Below are positions 25,861 to 36,068 of a stretch of DNA of 64,000 bases, one piece after another. Each line of letters begins with the position of its first letter. Within the stretch, counting starts at the first letter, position 1. The DNA lies in NCBI GenBank assembly GCA_965262335.1, contig OZ253528.1, forward strand, positions 84,237 through 148,236. Direction: 5' to 3'. The translations under genes were made by a program, and so were the position numbers. The notes under the pieces are model-generated. The model ran no database searches. It was not told where the DNA came from and worked only from the letters and a program-made list of their open reading frames with translations. This stretch comes from Phototrophicaceae bacterium (GTDB lineage: Bacteria > Chloroflexota > Anaerolineae > Aggregatilineales > Phototrophicaceae).

Positions 25861-28059
25861 GTGTCGGGACAGCAACAGGCAGAGCAGGAAGGAACCCAAA
25901 TGATCGCGACAAACACGAACAAGCAACGAGACATGAAAAACGAATTCATCAACATCACCTTGCTGCTGGTGAGCCTCGCGCTGTGGTGTTTGATCGCCCT
26001 GGGCGATATTTTGCCGGGCAGCCTGCCCAATATCATCATGTTCGATGCCGTTATCATGATCGCCATTTGCGGTATCAGCTATCTCATCAAATCTCGCAAC
26101 TTCAATTTCGCTTGTTTCTTCTTCCAGTTCTGCATTGCCCTGCTCGCCGTGCAAATCTCTCTCTCAAACACATTTGTACCCTCCCTCTATCTCATCCCAG
26201 CCTGCCTTGTCATCGTCGTGATTCTGCTGCCCCTGCCTTGGATTCTGCTGGCAATTTTGCTCGACTCGCTCTTGATCTTTGCCTTCGCCCCCAACCACGA
26301 TGGCGCTTTCCTCTTTTTGCTGATGGCCGCGCATCTCGTCGTTGTCGGCTTGCTGAAGCGCTACTTCCTCATCGAACTGGCAATCAGCCATAATTTTCAA
26401 GATTATGCTGCCGAGCAAATGCGCGAAGCCCGTGAAAGCCGGGCTAAATTAGTGTTGATGTCCAAGCAATTGCAGGAATATCAAGAGCGGCTGCGCCAGA
26501 CAAACAAGAAACTGGAAATCGCTTTCGAGCAAGCGGAAGAATCGCGCGAGCTCAAGTCGCGCTTCGCCGCCAATGTCAGCCACGAGCTGCGCACGCCAAT
26601 CAACCTTATCGTGGGCTTCAGCGAGGTGATGATCCTTGCGCCGGAGGTATACAATCAGCCCTTGCCCTCGCCCTACCGCGCCGATATCCACGCCATTTAT
26701 CGCAATGCCAAGCACCTGCAAAACCTGATCAACGATGTGCTCGATATCTCACAACTGGAAGCGCGGCATTTGGCTATCGTCAAGCAAAAATCCAACCTGC
26801 GCGATAGTGTGCGCGAGACCGCCAAGATGGTCGAGGAACTTATCGAAAAGAAAGGCTTGAGTTTCAGTCTGGATATGCCCGACGACTTGCCCGATCTATG
26901 GTTTGATCCTGTGCGCATACGCCAGATTCTGCTGAACCTGCTGGTGAATTCAGTGCGTTTTACCAGCACGGGCAGCATCGCCATCGATATTAAAGTCGGC
27001 GACAATCAAGTGATCACCAGCGTTATCGATACCGGCATCGGCTTGAACGAAACGGATATCAAACACGTCTTTGAAGAATTTTATCAGGTCGATGACGGCA
27101 ATCTATACCTCGACAGAGGATCGGGCCTGGGCTTGACTGTCAGCCGCGAATTGATCCGCCTGCACGATGGCGAGATGACCGTCAGCAGCGCCGGTATCCC
27201 CGGTCAAGGCAGCAAATTCACCTTCTCACTGCCCACGACCAAGAGTCTCGTCTCGCGGATGCCCACCAGCAATCACGTGCAAGAGAAGGCCGCTCCCCAA
27301 AAGCGCATACTTGTCGTAGACGAGGACGAAGCCATCACCAGTTTCTTTACCCGCTATCTGAAGGCGCACAATGTCGTCGCCTGTAGCAATGAGGCAGACG
27401 CCCTGCAGACCTTGACTAAGATTGAGCCCGATGTGCTGCTATTGGCGCATGATCACAATTACCGCCACCTGCTTGCGGAGATCCAGCGACTAAACATCAG
27501 CGTGAATGTTATCACCTTGCCCATGCCCAGCGGACGCGAGGCGATACGGCAACGCGGCGTCGCCGAATATCTGGTCAAGCCGGTTTCGCGTGAAACGCTG
27601 AATAAAGCGCTCGCTCAGTTTGGTGATGCCTTGCGCTCGATTATGATCATTGACGACAATCGTGATATTGTTCGGCTCTTCTCCCAGACACTGCGCAGCC
27701 TCAATACCCAATACCAAATCCGCAGCGCCTATAGCGGTAGCGATGGCATCGCGCTTATGAATCAAGACCCGCCCGATTTGCTTATTCTCGATGTCTTGAT
27801 GCCGGGAATGGATGGTTTCGCCGTTATCGAAACCATGCGAGCTCACGAGAAATTACGGGGTATCCCCATCGTCGTGATTTCGGCTAAGGGCGCCAGCGAA
27901 TCCATCACGCACAGCATTCATGGAGATATCACCCTCGCTCGCAGTGGCGGCTACTCGCCAATTGAGCTTGTCTCCAGTATCCAGGCGCTAATTGATGGCA
28001 TTCGACAGCCCATCGACCTGCGCTTGACCAGAAGCGAAGCAGCGGTCGTGTCTCCTTGA
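25861..28059 (+). CDS. Hybrid sensor histidine kinase with membrane N-terminus and two receiver-like domains
   Basis: H-box SHELRTPIN, G-boxes DTGIGL / GSGLGL, hydrophobic N-terminal ~190 aa. REC-like ILVVDEDE.. and IMIIDDNRD..LILDVLMPGMDG. Start uncertain (25861, 25900 or 25933). Confidence 0.8.
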   Translation: MSGQQQAEQEGTQMIATNTNKQRDMKNEFINITLLLVSLALWCLIALGDILPGSLPNIIMFDAVIMIAICGISYLIKSRNFNFACFFFQFCIALLAVQISLSNTFVPSLYLIPACLVIVVILLPLPWILLAILLDSLLIFAFAPNHDGAFLFLLMAAHLVVVGLLKRYFLIELAISHNFQDYAAEQMREARESRAKLVLMSKQLQEYQERLRQTNKKLEIAFEQAEESRELKSRFAANVSHELRTPINLIVGFSEVMILAPEVYNQPLPSPYRADIHAIYRNAKHLQNLINDVLDISQLEARHLAIVKQKSNLRDSVRETAKMVEELIEKKGLSFSLDMPDDLPDLWFDPVRIRQILLNLLVNSVRFTSTGSIAIDIKVGDNQVITSVIDTGIGLNETDIKHVFEEFYQVDDGNLYLDRGSGLGLTVSRELIRLHDGEMTVSSAGIPGQGSKFTFSLPTTKSLVSRMPTSNHVQEKAAPQKRILVVDEDEAITSFFTRYLKAHNVVACSNEADALQTLTKIEPDVLLLAHDHNYRHLLAEIQRLNISVNVITLPMPSGREAIRQRGVAEYLVKPVSRETLNKALAQFGDALRSIMIIDDNRDIVRLFSQTLRSLNTQYQIRSAYSGSDGIALMNQDPPDLLILDVLMPGMDGFAVIETMRAHEKLRGIPIVVISAKGASESITHSIHGDITLARSGGYSPIELVSSIQALIDGIRQPIDLRLTRSEAAVVSP

Positions 28060-28153
28060 TTGCCAAATCAATAGATGCTACGCTGCATTTAGCCAACAGG
28101 TTTGCTGCCGTCGCTGCATTGCCCAATATTCTAAAGCCGAAAAGAGAGTCCTC

Positions 28154-29320
28154 ATGACCATACGCCTGGGACTGGAAGTCTTTCTGGATGAGTATCTCCA
28201 CCTGATTGCGGGCAAGCGCGTCGGGCTTGTCGCCGGCCCCAGCAGCGTCGATCGTCAGCTGCGCAGCAGTGTCGAGCTTCTTTACCAACATCCCGAAGTT
28301 AACCTCGTTGCGCTCTTCGGTCCCGAGCACGGGATACGTGGCGAGGCGCAAGCGGGGGAACAGGTCTCGACCTTCTCTGATCCCGTGATGAATCTTCCCG
28401 TCCATAGCCTCTACGGTAAGACTTATGAGCCGAGCTCCGATATGCTGCAAGAGCTTGATGCCATCATCATCGATTTGCAGGACGGCGGCGTACGCTTCTA
28501 TACCTTCCTGGCGACCGCGCTCAATGTTATGAAAGCGGCCGGCCGAGTTGGCTGCCCGGTTCTTATTCTGGATCGCCCGGCGCCCATCACGGCCACGCGC
28601 ATAGCAGGTCCCATTCTCGATCCAGCTCATACGTCCTTCGTCGGTCCCTATCCCCTGCCCATTCGCTACGGCATGACCATCGGCGAAATCGCCCGTTTGC
28701 TGAACGAAGAATATGCTATTTCCTGTGATCTGACGGTGATCCCGATGGCGGGATGGCGGCGCGAGCTATGGTACGATCAAACCGGACTGCCATTCGTCCC
28801 ATCCTCGCCAAACCTGCCCACTCTTGATGCCATGACACTATATCCCGGCACTTGCCTGATTGAAGGCACCAACTTGTCCGAAGGGCGCGGCACCACCAGA
28901 CCCTTCGAATATCTGGGCGCGCCCTGGATCGATGCCGAGTCGTGGACCGACCAGTTGAACGACCTGGCTTTGCCGGGTGTGCGCTTCCGCCCGGTCTATT
29001 TCGTGCCGACCTTCAGCAAGTATCAAGGCGAGCGCTGCGCCGGTGTCCATGTCTTTGTCACTGACCGGGAACGCTTGCAGCCGCTGCACATGATCCTGCA
29101 TCTCTTGCAAACGCTGATATCCGCCTATCCCGCTCACTTCGCTTGGCGAGAACCGTGGTCAAAGGAAGCGGCACGTCCCATTGACCTGCTCGCTGGAAGC
29201 GATGCTTTGCGTTTACATTTTGATGCTAAACGCGCTGCAGATGAACTTGTCGAATCCTGGCAACCAGCTATGAATGCATTTGTGCAGCTGCGAGATCAAT
29301 ACATGTTATACTCGGGCTAA
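28154..29320 (+). CDS. DUF1343 family protein (NamZ-like exo-beta-N-acetylmuramidase family)
   Basis: ..KRVGLVAGPSSVD..LFGPEHGIRGE.. is the typical DUF1343 N-terminus. 388 aa. Confidence 0.7.
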   Translation: MTIRLGLEVFLDEYLHLIAGKRVGLVAGPSSVDRQLRSSVELLYQHPEVNLVALFGPEHGIRGEAQAGEQVSTFSDPVMNLPVHSLYGKTYEPSSDMLQELDAIIIDLQDGGVRFYTFLATALNVMKAAGRVGCPVLILDRPAPITATRIAGPILDPAHTSFVGPYPLPIRYGMTIGEIARLLNEEYAISCDLTVIPMAGWRRELWYDQTGLPFVPSSPNLPTLDAMTLYPGTCLIEGTNLSEGRGTTRPFEYLGAPWIDAESWTDQLNDLALPGVRFRPVYFVPTFSKYQGERCAGVHVFVTDRERLQPLHMILHLLQTLISAYPAHFAWREPWSKEAARPIDLLAGSDALRLHFDAKRAADELVESWQPAMNAFVQLRDQYMLYSG

Positions 29321-29368
29321 TGAAGCATCAATTTTCGCAAGTCTAAAAGGTTTTTTGGGAGGAATACC

Positions 29369-30676
29369 ATGATTCTCAAACGTTTAGTTGTTGCTCTCTT
29401 ATTCTTTGTCATGCTGCTCGGCATCTTAAGTGTCGCCAGCTTGGCGCAAGATGACATCACACTGACTATGCTGACCCATTGGGGCACGGAAGACCAGCTT
29501 GCAGCGCAGCAAGTCATCATCGACGCCTACATGGAAAGCAATCCGGGCGTCAACATTGAGTTGGTCACAGTCGACTTTGGCGAGCTGCGAACCAAGATCA
29601 TCACCGGCCGCACAGCCGGCATCAGCGCCGATGTCTACCATTTCTACCACCTCTGGCTGCCTGACTTTGTCAACAGTGGCGTCTTGGCGGAACCGCCACA
29701 AGATTCGCTGACATTCATTGACGATTATGTCGCACAAGGCACCATTAATGCAGTCAGCACCTCCGATGGGCAAACCTGGGGCTACCCCACCGAGGTCAAT
29801 CCTTACCTGCTGGTCTACAACAAACGCTTGCTCGCGGAAGCTGGCTACGATGCCCCGCCCGCAAATTGGGACGAGCTCAAAGAGATCGCTGCCGCTATCA
29901 CCCAAGTGGATGATACCGGCGCCATCAGCCAAGTAGGTTTGGGTGTCATGCCCGGTTGGGATTCCGGCATCGTGCATCCCTTCAGCGCACTATTGTTCTC
30001 CAATGGCGGCAATTACCTCAGTGACGATCGCACCGTCGCCGAATTCAATAGCTCGCAAGGCATCGAAACCCTGCAACTTTATGCTGATCTGGTCGCCAGC
30101 GGCGGAACCGACCCCAGTATCAACGGACTCGGCAACTTCCCCAGTGGCACCGTCGGCATGGTGATCATGGCGCCCTGGTGGCGGGCAACCTTGCGCGCAG
30201 CCGAAGGCGTCGACTTCGACACCGAAGTTGGCGTTGCCGAGATTCCCGTCGGTCCCAGTGGCGATTCGCCTTCCAGTATCGCCTACACCTGGATGTTCGC
30301 CGTCGATTCCAGCTCGCCAAACAAAGCAGCAGCTTGGGATTTCGTGCATTGGATGAATGCCGAACATGACGAAGGCGCGGGTTCCGCCATTGGCGATTTC
30401 CTGGTTAACGCGCTGGGCGCTATTCCCAGCTTCAGTCACGACCAGGCCGCTTTCGCCGACTCGATGAGCGATCATTATGTCTCGGCATTTGTCGCTGCCT
30501 CCGCTTATGCCCGTCCCGAACAAATTGTCGCTGGCGGTCAAGAGATCAAGACCTTGCTGCAAGTCGAAATCGAAGCCGTGCTGGCTGGCATGACCACGCC
30601 GGAAGAAGCGTTGGCTTCCGTCGCACAGCAAGCAGATGCCATCCTGGAAGAACATCGCATGATGGCCGAAGAATAA
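29369..30676 (+). CDS. Sugar ABC transporter substrate-binding protein
   Basis: Signal peptide, family-1 extracellular solute-binding protein length and motifs. GGGAGG RBS. Followed by two permeases. Confidence 0.8.
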   Translation: MILKRLVVALLFFVMLLGILSVASLAQDDITLTMLTHWGTEDQLAAQQVIIDAYMESNPGVNIELVTVDFGELRTKIITGRTAGISADVYHFYHLWLPDFVNSGVLAEPPQDSLTFIDDYVAQGTINAVSTSDGQTWGYPTEVNPYLLVYNKRLLAEAGYDAPPANWDELKEIAAAITQVDDTGAISQVGLGVMPGWDSGIVHPFSALLFSNGGNYLSDDRTVAEFNSSQGIETLQLYADLVASGGTDPSINGLGNFPSGTVGMVIMAPWWRATLRAAEGVDFDTEVGVAEIPVGPSGDSPSSIAYTWMFAVDSSSPNKAAAWDFVHWMNAEHDEGAGSAIGDFLVNALGAIPSFSHDQAAFADSMSDHYVSAFVAASAYARPEQIVAGGQEIKTLLQVEIEAVLAGMTTPEEALASVAQQADAILEEHRMMAEE

Positions 30677-30921
30677 GCCGCAGCAAGTTGCACTAGCTTT
30701 GATTCGCTACAGGCTCATAGTGCCGACAAAGACCAATGAAGTCTCATTGCTCGGCACATGAGCCGCCCTTCCGCATCAATATGGGGAGGATCAGACGTTG
30801 AATTTGCCGCACTGGCTGAACTGCGTTCGTCAAAACCAGCGTTGAAGTTGCGTTGCTCCGTGAATAATTTTATCGCGCCACAAGACTCCACCATGATATC
30901 AACCCTCCCCAACACGTTATT

Positions 30922-31004
30922 GATAAATCACCATGCTCGTGAGAGCAGAAGCTTCGATGTTTTTAGGGTGGGCGACGAACCTTATCGCCGCCGCCGAGCG
31001 GCTG
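30922..31004 (+). repeat. ~92-nt intergenic repeat family, diverged copy
   Basis: ..CCATGCTCGTGAGAGCAGAAGCTTCGATGTTTTTAGGGTGGGCGACGAACCTTATCGCCGCCGCCGAGCGGCTG aligns with 49612..49703. The first hairpin keeps the TGCTC/GAGCA stem with a different loop. Confidence 0.55.
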
Positions 31005-31031
31005 TGGGAAGCGTCAAGGGGAGCGCTTGAC

Positions 31032-31970
31032 ATGTCGTCCCCCGTCGCAAGATCCGCCTGGTGGCTGCCGGATATCCCGAAAAGCACGCTCATGCGACGG
31101 CGCATGGTCTGGGCGTACGCTTTCGTCGCGGCGCCTATTTTCGCTCTGCTGGTCTTTCTCTTGGGTCCAATTCTCTTTTCCGGCTGGGTCAGCCTGCACC
31201 GCTGGGATATGCTCTCGCCTGTCAACGAAATGCCTTGGCGTGGCTTGAATAATTACGTCTTTCTCCTCACCAAAGACACCGTATTTCTTAAATCACTGGG
31301 CAATACTTTCTTGTTTGCCTTCGGCGGTGTCGGCGCTAACACCGTGCTGGGCCTAGGGTTCGCGCTCCTGCTAAATAGCCGTATCCGTGGACGCACGGTA
31401 TGGCGCGTACTTTACTTCATGCCGGTCATTACTGCGCCACTGGCGTTGGCTGTCATGTTCTCTTTCATCTTCGATCGCAATTATGGCGCCGTAAACAGTC
31501 TTATCACTGCCTTGGGTTTGCCCCGCCAACCCTTTCTCAGCGGGCCCAATCAGGCGCTCATGACACTCATCTTCATCGCTGTCTATCAATATGTCGGTTA
31601 TTATATCGTCATTTTCCTGGCTGGTTTGCAAGGCATCCCGCAAGACTATTATGATGCCGCGCAAGTTGACGGCGCTGGCAAATATCAGGAGTTTCGCTTT
31701 ATCACCCTGCCCTTGCTGCGCCCCGTCATGTTATTCGTGGTGGTCACCAATACCATCGGCGCCCTGCAGGTTTTTGATCTCGTCTTTGCCACGACCGGCG
31801 GCGCGCCGGCCAACAGCTCGATGACCGTCGTGTTGCACATGTATAACATGGCCTTCAAATTCTCGCGTATGGGCCGCGCCTCGGCCATGGCCTTCATCCT
31901 TTTTGCCATCATTATGCTCATTACGCTCATCCAGGTCCGCTTTCTGCGCGACCGTACCTACCAGGACTAA
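31032..31970 (+). CDS. Carbohydrate ABC transporter permease (MalF/UgpA type)
   Basis: Multiple TM segments and an EAA-like loop (..YDAAQVDGAGKYQEFRFITLPLLRP..). The tracked 5' extension (30933) covers the intergenic repeat, so ATG 31032 is preferred. Confidence 0.8.
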   Translation: MSSPVARSAWWLPDIPKSTLMRRRMVWAYAFVAAPIFALLVFLLGPILFSGWVSLHRWDMLSPVNEMPWRGLNNYVFLLTKDTVFLKSLGNTFLFAFGGVGANTVLGLGFALLLNSRIRGRTVWRVLYFMPVITAPLALAVMFSFIFDRNYGAVNSLITALGLPRQPFLSGPNQALMTLIFIAVYQYVGYYIVIFLAGLQGIPQDYYDAAQVDGAGKYQEFRFITLPLLRPVMLFVVVTNTIGALQVFDLVFATTGGAPANSSMTVVLHMYNMAFKFSRMGRASAMAFILFAIIMLITLIQVRFLRDRTYQD

Positions 31971-31981
31971 ATGCAAAGACT

Positions 31982-32821
31982 ATGAACGACGACGCCACCA
32001 TGCCGCGGATCACCGGAACCCTGCTGAAGTACCTCATTTTGGCCTTGGGCGCGTTTATCATGGTGTTTCCCTTCGTCTGGATGATAGTCGCCTCGCTGAT
32101 GACCGCCGGTGAGATCCAGTTGCGCCCACCGGTCTGGCTGCCCGCCCATCCGCAATTCAATAACTACAGCGACCTGTCGCAATCCATACCCATCGTCCGA
32201 CTGTATTTCAACAGCTTGTTCACTTCGGGCACTATTGTCTTCGGCGTTCTGCTCAGCAGCTCCCTGGCCGGCTTTGCCTTTGCCAAGTATCGCTTCCCCG
32301 GTCGCGAATTCTTGTTTTACTTGATCCTCGCCACCATGATGATTCCCTTCTTCGTGACGCTGATCCCGGTATTTTTCATTGTGCGGCAATTGGGTTGGAT
32401 TGATACCTACCAAGGCCTGGTCGTGCCCGGCCTCACCTCGGCCTATGGCATCTTCCTCATGCGCCAATTCATGGTCACCGTGCCCGATGAATTGATTGAT
32501 GCTGCTCGCATTGATGGCGCCTCGGAATTGAAGATTTTCTGGCGAATCGTCGTTCCCCTGGTCAGACCGGCGCTGGCGACATTGGGCACCTTCGCTTTCA
32601 TCGGCTCTTGGAACAACTTTCTCTGGCCATTGCTGGTAATCAATAGCCGTGATCTCATGACCCTGCCGCTAGGCATAAATACGATGAAGAGTCTTTATGC
32701 CGACAACACCAACCTGCTCATGGCGGGTACCGCCGTTGCTGTGATACCCATGCTCTTTGTATTCATCTTCCTGCAACGCTATTTCATCCAGGGCATCGCG
32801 CTCACTGGATTGAAAGGATAG
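31982..32821 (+). CDS. Carbohydrate ABC transporter permease (MalG/UgpE type)
   Basis: ..DELIDAARIDGASELKIFWRIVVPLVRP.. EAA motif. 279 aa. Confidence 0.85.
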   Translation: MNDDATMPRITGTLLKYLILALGAFIMVFPFVWMIVASLMTAGEIQLRPPVWLPAHPQFNNYSDLSQSIPIVRLYFNSLFTSGTIVFGVLLSSSLAGFAFAKYRFPGREFLFYLILATMMIPFFVTLIPVFFIVRQLGWIDTYQGLVVPGLTSAYGIFLMRQFMVTVPDELIDAARIDGASELKIFWRIVVPLVRPALATLGTFAFIGSWNNFLWPLLVINSRDLMTLPLGINTMKSLYADNTNLLMAGTAVAVIPMLFVFIFLQRYFIQGIALTGLKG

Positions 32822-32830
32822 GATCAACAA

Positions 32831-33772
32831 ATGCAAATTCGACCTTTCCAAGGAAGCGACGAACAAGAACTGCTTGATGTCTGGTACCAGGCCATGCCCA
32901 GCGACCGCATCAACGACAGCATCTTCCGCACACAGGTTTTGCTTGATCCCAATTTCCATCCTGCCTGCGTCCCGGTCGCCGTCGTCGATGGGCGCGTGGT
33001 TGGTTTCATCTTGTGTCTGACGCGACAAGTGCCCTATTTCTTGCAAGGCATGGACCCGGCCGAAGCCTGGATCTCCGCCTTTGGTGTACATCCCGATTAC
33101 CAGGGACGTGGCATCGGCAGCGCCCTTTTCGACTACATCATCGCCAAGCTGAAGGACGAGCAGCGCGATATCCTGGATATCTCGCCCTACGTGCCCAACT
33201 ACTTCGTGCCCGGCATCGACACCCGCGCCTATCCCCACACTATAAACTTTCTGCAAGAGCGCTTCGCTTTCGAGACTTTGTACCACGCCATTAGCATGGG
33301 CGCCGATCTGACTGATTTCCGAATTCCGCCAGAAATCCAAACGCGCATCGACCGGGCCGAAACTGAAGACGGCTTGACCATCAACCCGATCGCCCCCAGC
33401 GATATCCCCGATCTCATGCCATTTCTGGTAGAACACTTCGGCTGGGACTGGTTCCGCCACGCGCAGAGCTACTTACTCGAATACTTTGGCGATAGCCCCC
33501 ACCGTATTTGCTTCCTTGTCGCTCGGGAAAAAGGCGAGGTTGTCGGCTTTTGTCAACAGCGCAATGAACGCTTCGGACCTTTCGGCGTTCGTCCCGATTG
33601 TCGCGATCGCGGCATCGGCCGCATGCTATTATTCAAATGCTTGGAAATGATGAGCGCCAAGCACGTTTTCTTCGCCTACTTTCTCTGGACCGACGAAAAC
33701 GCCGCTCGTCTCTATTCACTCGCCGGTTTCAAGCGTCGGCGAGAATTCGCCGTGATGCGCAAGACACTTTGA
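32831..33772 (+). CDS. GNAT family N-acetyltransferase (two GNAT-like halves)
   Basis: ..VHPDYQGRGIGSALF.. and ..VRPDCRDRGIGRMLL.. acetyl-CoA-binding motifs. Confidence 0.7.
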   Translation: MQIRPFQGSDEQELLDVWYQAMPSDRINDSIFRTQVLLDPNFHPACVPVAVVDGRVVGFILCLTRQVPYFLQGMDPAEAWISAFGVHPDYQGRGIGSALFDYIIAKLKDEQRDILDISPYVPNYFVPGIDTRAYPHTINFLQERFAFETLYHAISMGADLTDFRIPPEIQTRIDRAETEDGLTINPIAPSDIPDLMPFLVEHFGWDWFRHAQSYLLEYFGDSPHRICFLVAREKGEVVGFCQQRNERFGPFGVRPDCRDRGIGRMLLFKCLEMMSAKHVFFAYFLWTDENAARLYSLAGFKRRREFAVMRKTL

Positions 33773-33793
33773 ACATAAAGAGGAGAATAAGAA

Positions 33794-34501
33794 ATGGCTG
33801 GACACTTAATGGTAGTCGGCGGACACATATCCGACCCGGAAAACATGGCCGGCGCCGTCATGCTCAAACACAAGAACGCAGGCTGGGATATCACCATCGT
33901 CCACGCCACCACCGGCGAAAAAGGTCATCCCACCCTCAGCGCCAAAGATTATCTAAAGATGCGCCTGGTGGATGCCCATGCCTCGGCCGAATTTATCGGT
34001 GCTAATCTGGAGCTGATGCCCTATGGCGATGGCGAATTGCCCGTCAATGACGAATCAATCTGGATCATGGCCGATCTCATCCGCAAGCACAAACCCACGC
34101 TCATCATCACCCATTGGAAAGGCAGCTTCCACATCGACCACAACAATACCCACGATGTGGTTTTGAAGGCGCTCTTCCGGGCCGGCTTGCCCGCCTTCGA
34201 ACGCGAATACCCGGCGCATTCGCCGCAAACTGTGCTCTACTCGGAAAACTGGGAAGATATGGAAGGCTACAAGGCCGATATCTATCTCGATGTCAGCGAT
34301 GTCTTCGACGACTATCTGGCGCTGCTGAAAACCCATGCTCTCATGCGCGATGATTATTCCAGTTTCCGCTATTGGGATTATTACAAGGCTTTGGGGGAAG
34401 CTCGGGGTGCGCTGGGTGGTTTCGACCGGGCTGTAACGCTAATGCGCCGCCGTAGCCTTTATTCATTCGAGCGTCAACCCGGCCTGCTGCTCAATAGCTA
34501 A
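33794..34501 (+). CDS. PIG-L / LmbE family deacetylase
   Basis: ..LMVVGGHISDPENMAG.., ..ATTGEKGH.., ..HIDHNNTH.. resemble the PIG-L metal-binding pattern. Confidence 0.6.
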   Translation: MAGHLMVVGGHISDPENMAGAVMLKHKNAGWDITIVHATTGEKGHPTLSAKDYLKMRLVDAHASAEFIGANLELMPYGDGELPVNDESIWIMADLIRKHKPTLIITHWKGSFHIDHNNTHDVVLKALFRAGLPAFEREYPAHSPQTVLYSENWEDMEGYKADIYLDVSDVFDDYLALLKTHALMRDDYSSFRYWDYYKALGEARGALGGFDRAVTLMRRRSLYSFERQPGLLLNS

Positions 34502-34563
34502 ACATCGCGCATGCACGCCCGCAATTTTTTGCTGCCAGTCGCCTCGCGCTGGAAAAACGGTCC

Positions 34564-35760
34564 TCACATCACCCACTGGCTCAAGGTGGACAAGAATTCG
34601 TCACGGGTCGGCGGCTTCTTGATATATCCATCCGCGCCCAGCGACATCGCCAACTCTTTCATGTCCAGCACCGAACAAATCAAAACCGGAATGTGCTTGG
34701 TCAAGGGATGGCTTTTGTAGGTCTGCAAGATCTGCCAGCCATCTTTTTCCGGCAGCATGATATCCAGGATGATGCACATCAGCGGCGTTTGCTGCGCGAT
34801 CAGCATGGCATCGCTCTCGCGTTGCGTCGACAGCAGTTGATATGGCAGATTCGCCAAATAGCGGTTGAACAAACTGATCGTATCAGGATTGTCATCCACG
34901 ATCAGGATCTTCTGAATTTCCTGATTGAATAGCAGCGCGATCCCTCCCGCGCCTCCTGCCTCCGCAAGTGAGCTCACCGTCGCGTGCAATCGCTTCATCA
35001 ACTCGCGCAAGATTCGGTCAGCCTGCAAGACATCGCAAAACGCCTGCCAATCAATAACCGAATTGTCATTGCGGATTTCGATGCTCGGCACGCCTTGGTG
35101 CAGGCGCACTTGTATGCTGATTGCTCCGCCCGCCCGCGTCGCTTGAATCAGCTCATGCAATACATTAATGACAAACTGCCGAAAGAGCGGTTGCGCCACG
35201 TTTAATATGACCGGTGGAGAGCTATCGTTCAAGCCCAGCGAAACACCCTGTTGCTCTGCGATGACGCGCGTTGCCGCGATGGCCGCCAGGACCTCTTCTT
35301 TGGGATAGAATATCTTGGTCTTGGCAGCAAGCTGTAAATGATCCAATTCATCAATCAAGGTTGCTGTCGCAGCGCTCGCCTGGACCCCCTTGGCGTAATG
35401 CTTGTCCCAGATGAATTGACTGATTGTCTGTATCGCGCGTTGATGTTCGCGATAATACTGCCGTTCACTCAGCGCCAACTGACCCAGCACCTCGGCCGTC
35501 GATTGTTCTTCGACATAGCGCAGCAACAGAATGTTGTAGAGCCGGTTCTGCCGCGATGTCAGTTGCAAATTGTTTTCCGACTTCAAATCCTCGATCGTCT
35601 CCAGGATCGTATGCCGCACATCATGCATGCGCGCGCTGCCGGTTAGGTTTGACGAAAGCTGCTGCGCCACCGGATTATTGATCAAGCGCAAATAGTCGTA
35701 CAGGTTGCTTAACAGATCGCGAATGTTATCTTCAAAGTCGTCGCTGTAGCTCGTCTTCAT
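34564..35760 (-). CDS. Regulator: sigma-70 region-4-like HTH + degenerate HATPase-like middle + C-terminal receiver domain
   Basis: ..NILLLRYVEEQSTAEVLGQLALSERQYYREHQRAI.. (HTH). C-terminal KILIVDDNPD..IILDIMLPEKDGW..ADGYIKKP (REC). No H-box seen. Confidence 0.65.
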   Translation of the reverse strand: MKTSYSDDFEDNIRDLLSNLYDYLRLINNPVAQQLSSNLTGSARMHDVRHTILETIEDLKSENNLQLTSRQNRLYNILLLRYVEEQSTAEVLGQLALSERQYYREHQRAIQTISQFIWDKHYAKGVQASAATATLIDELDHLQLAAKTKIFYPKEEVLAAIAATRVIAEQQGVSLGLNDSSPPVILNVAQPLFRQFVINVLHELIQATRAGGAISIQVRLHQGVPSIEIRNDNSVIDWQAFCDVLQADRILRELMKRLHATVSSLAEAGGAGGIALLFNQEIQKILIVDDNPDTISLFNRYLANLPYQLLSTQRESDAMLIAQQTPLMCIILDIMLPEKDGWQILQTYKSHPLTKHIPVLICSVLDMKELAMSLGADGYIKKPPTRDEFLSTLSQWVM

Positions 35761-36068
35761 TGTTCCGCCCCGCTATATGGCAGTATTCTGGCAGACTTAT
35801 GCCTGTACCTTCCGACTAGACTGCAATTGGGCAGAACCAAAATATATCAGACGACGGCGCTGCATTTCAACAGGGTGCTTATTTGAGAATCCAAAACACG
35901 ACCCTTTCCTGGCCCTTTGCGTAGTCGTTCGAACGATCGTCCCGTCACGCCAGTCTTTGTGTTTTCCAGCTAACCTGCCCTATAGTATACGTATTCCGGA
36001 ATGGAGGCGCTGATAAGCAATCGATGTATCACTCGTCCGCAAGTCTATTGATTGATGCGAGGTGCGAA

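Noticed and set aside
30933-31031. N-terminal extension of the permease ORF (tracked start 30933)
   Set aside because: The extension is encoded by the intergenic ~92-nt repeat copy, and the predicted extra residues are not permease-like. ATG 31032 is preferred.
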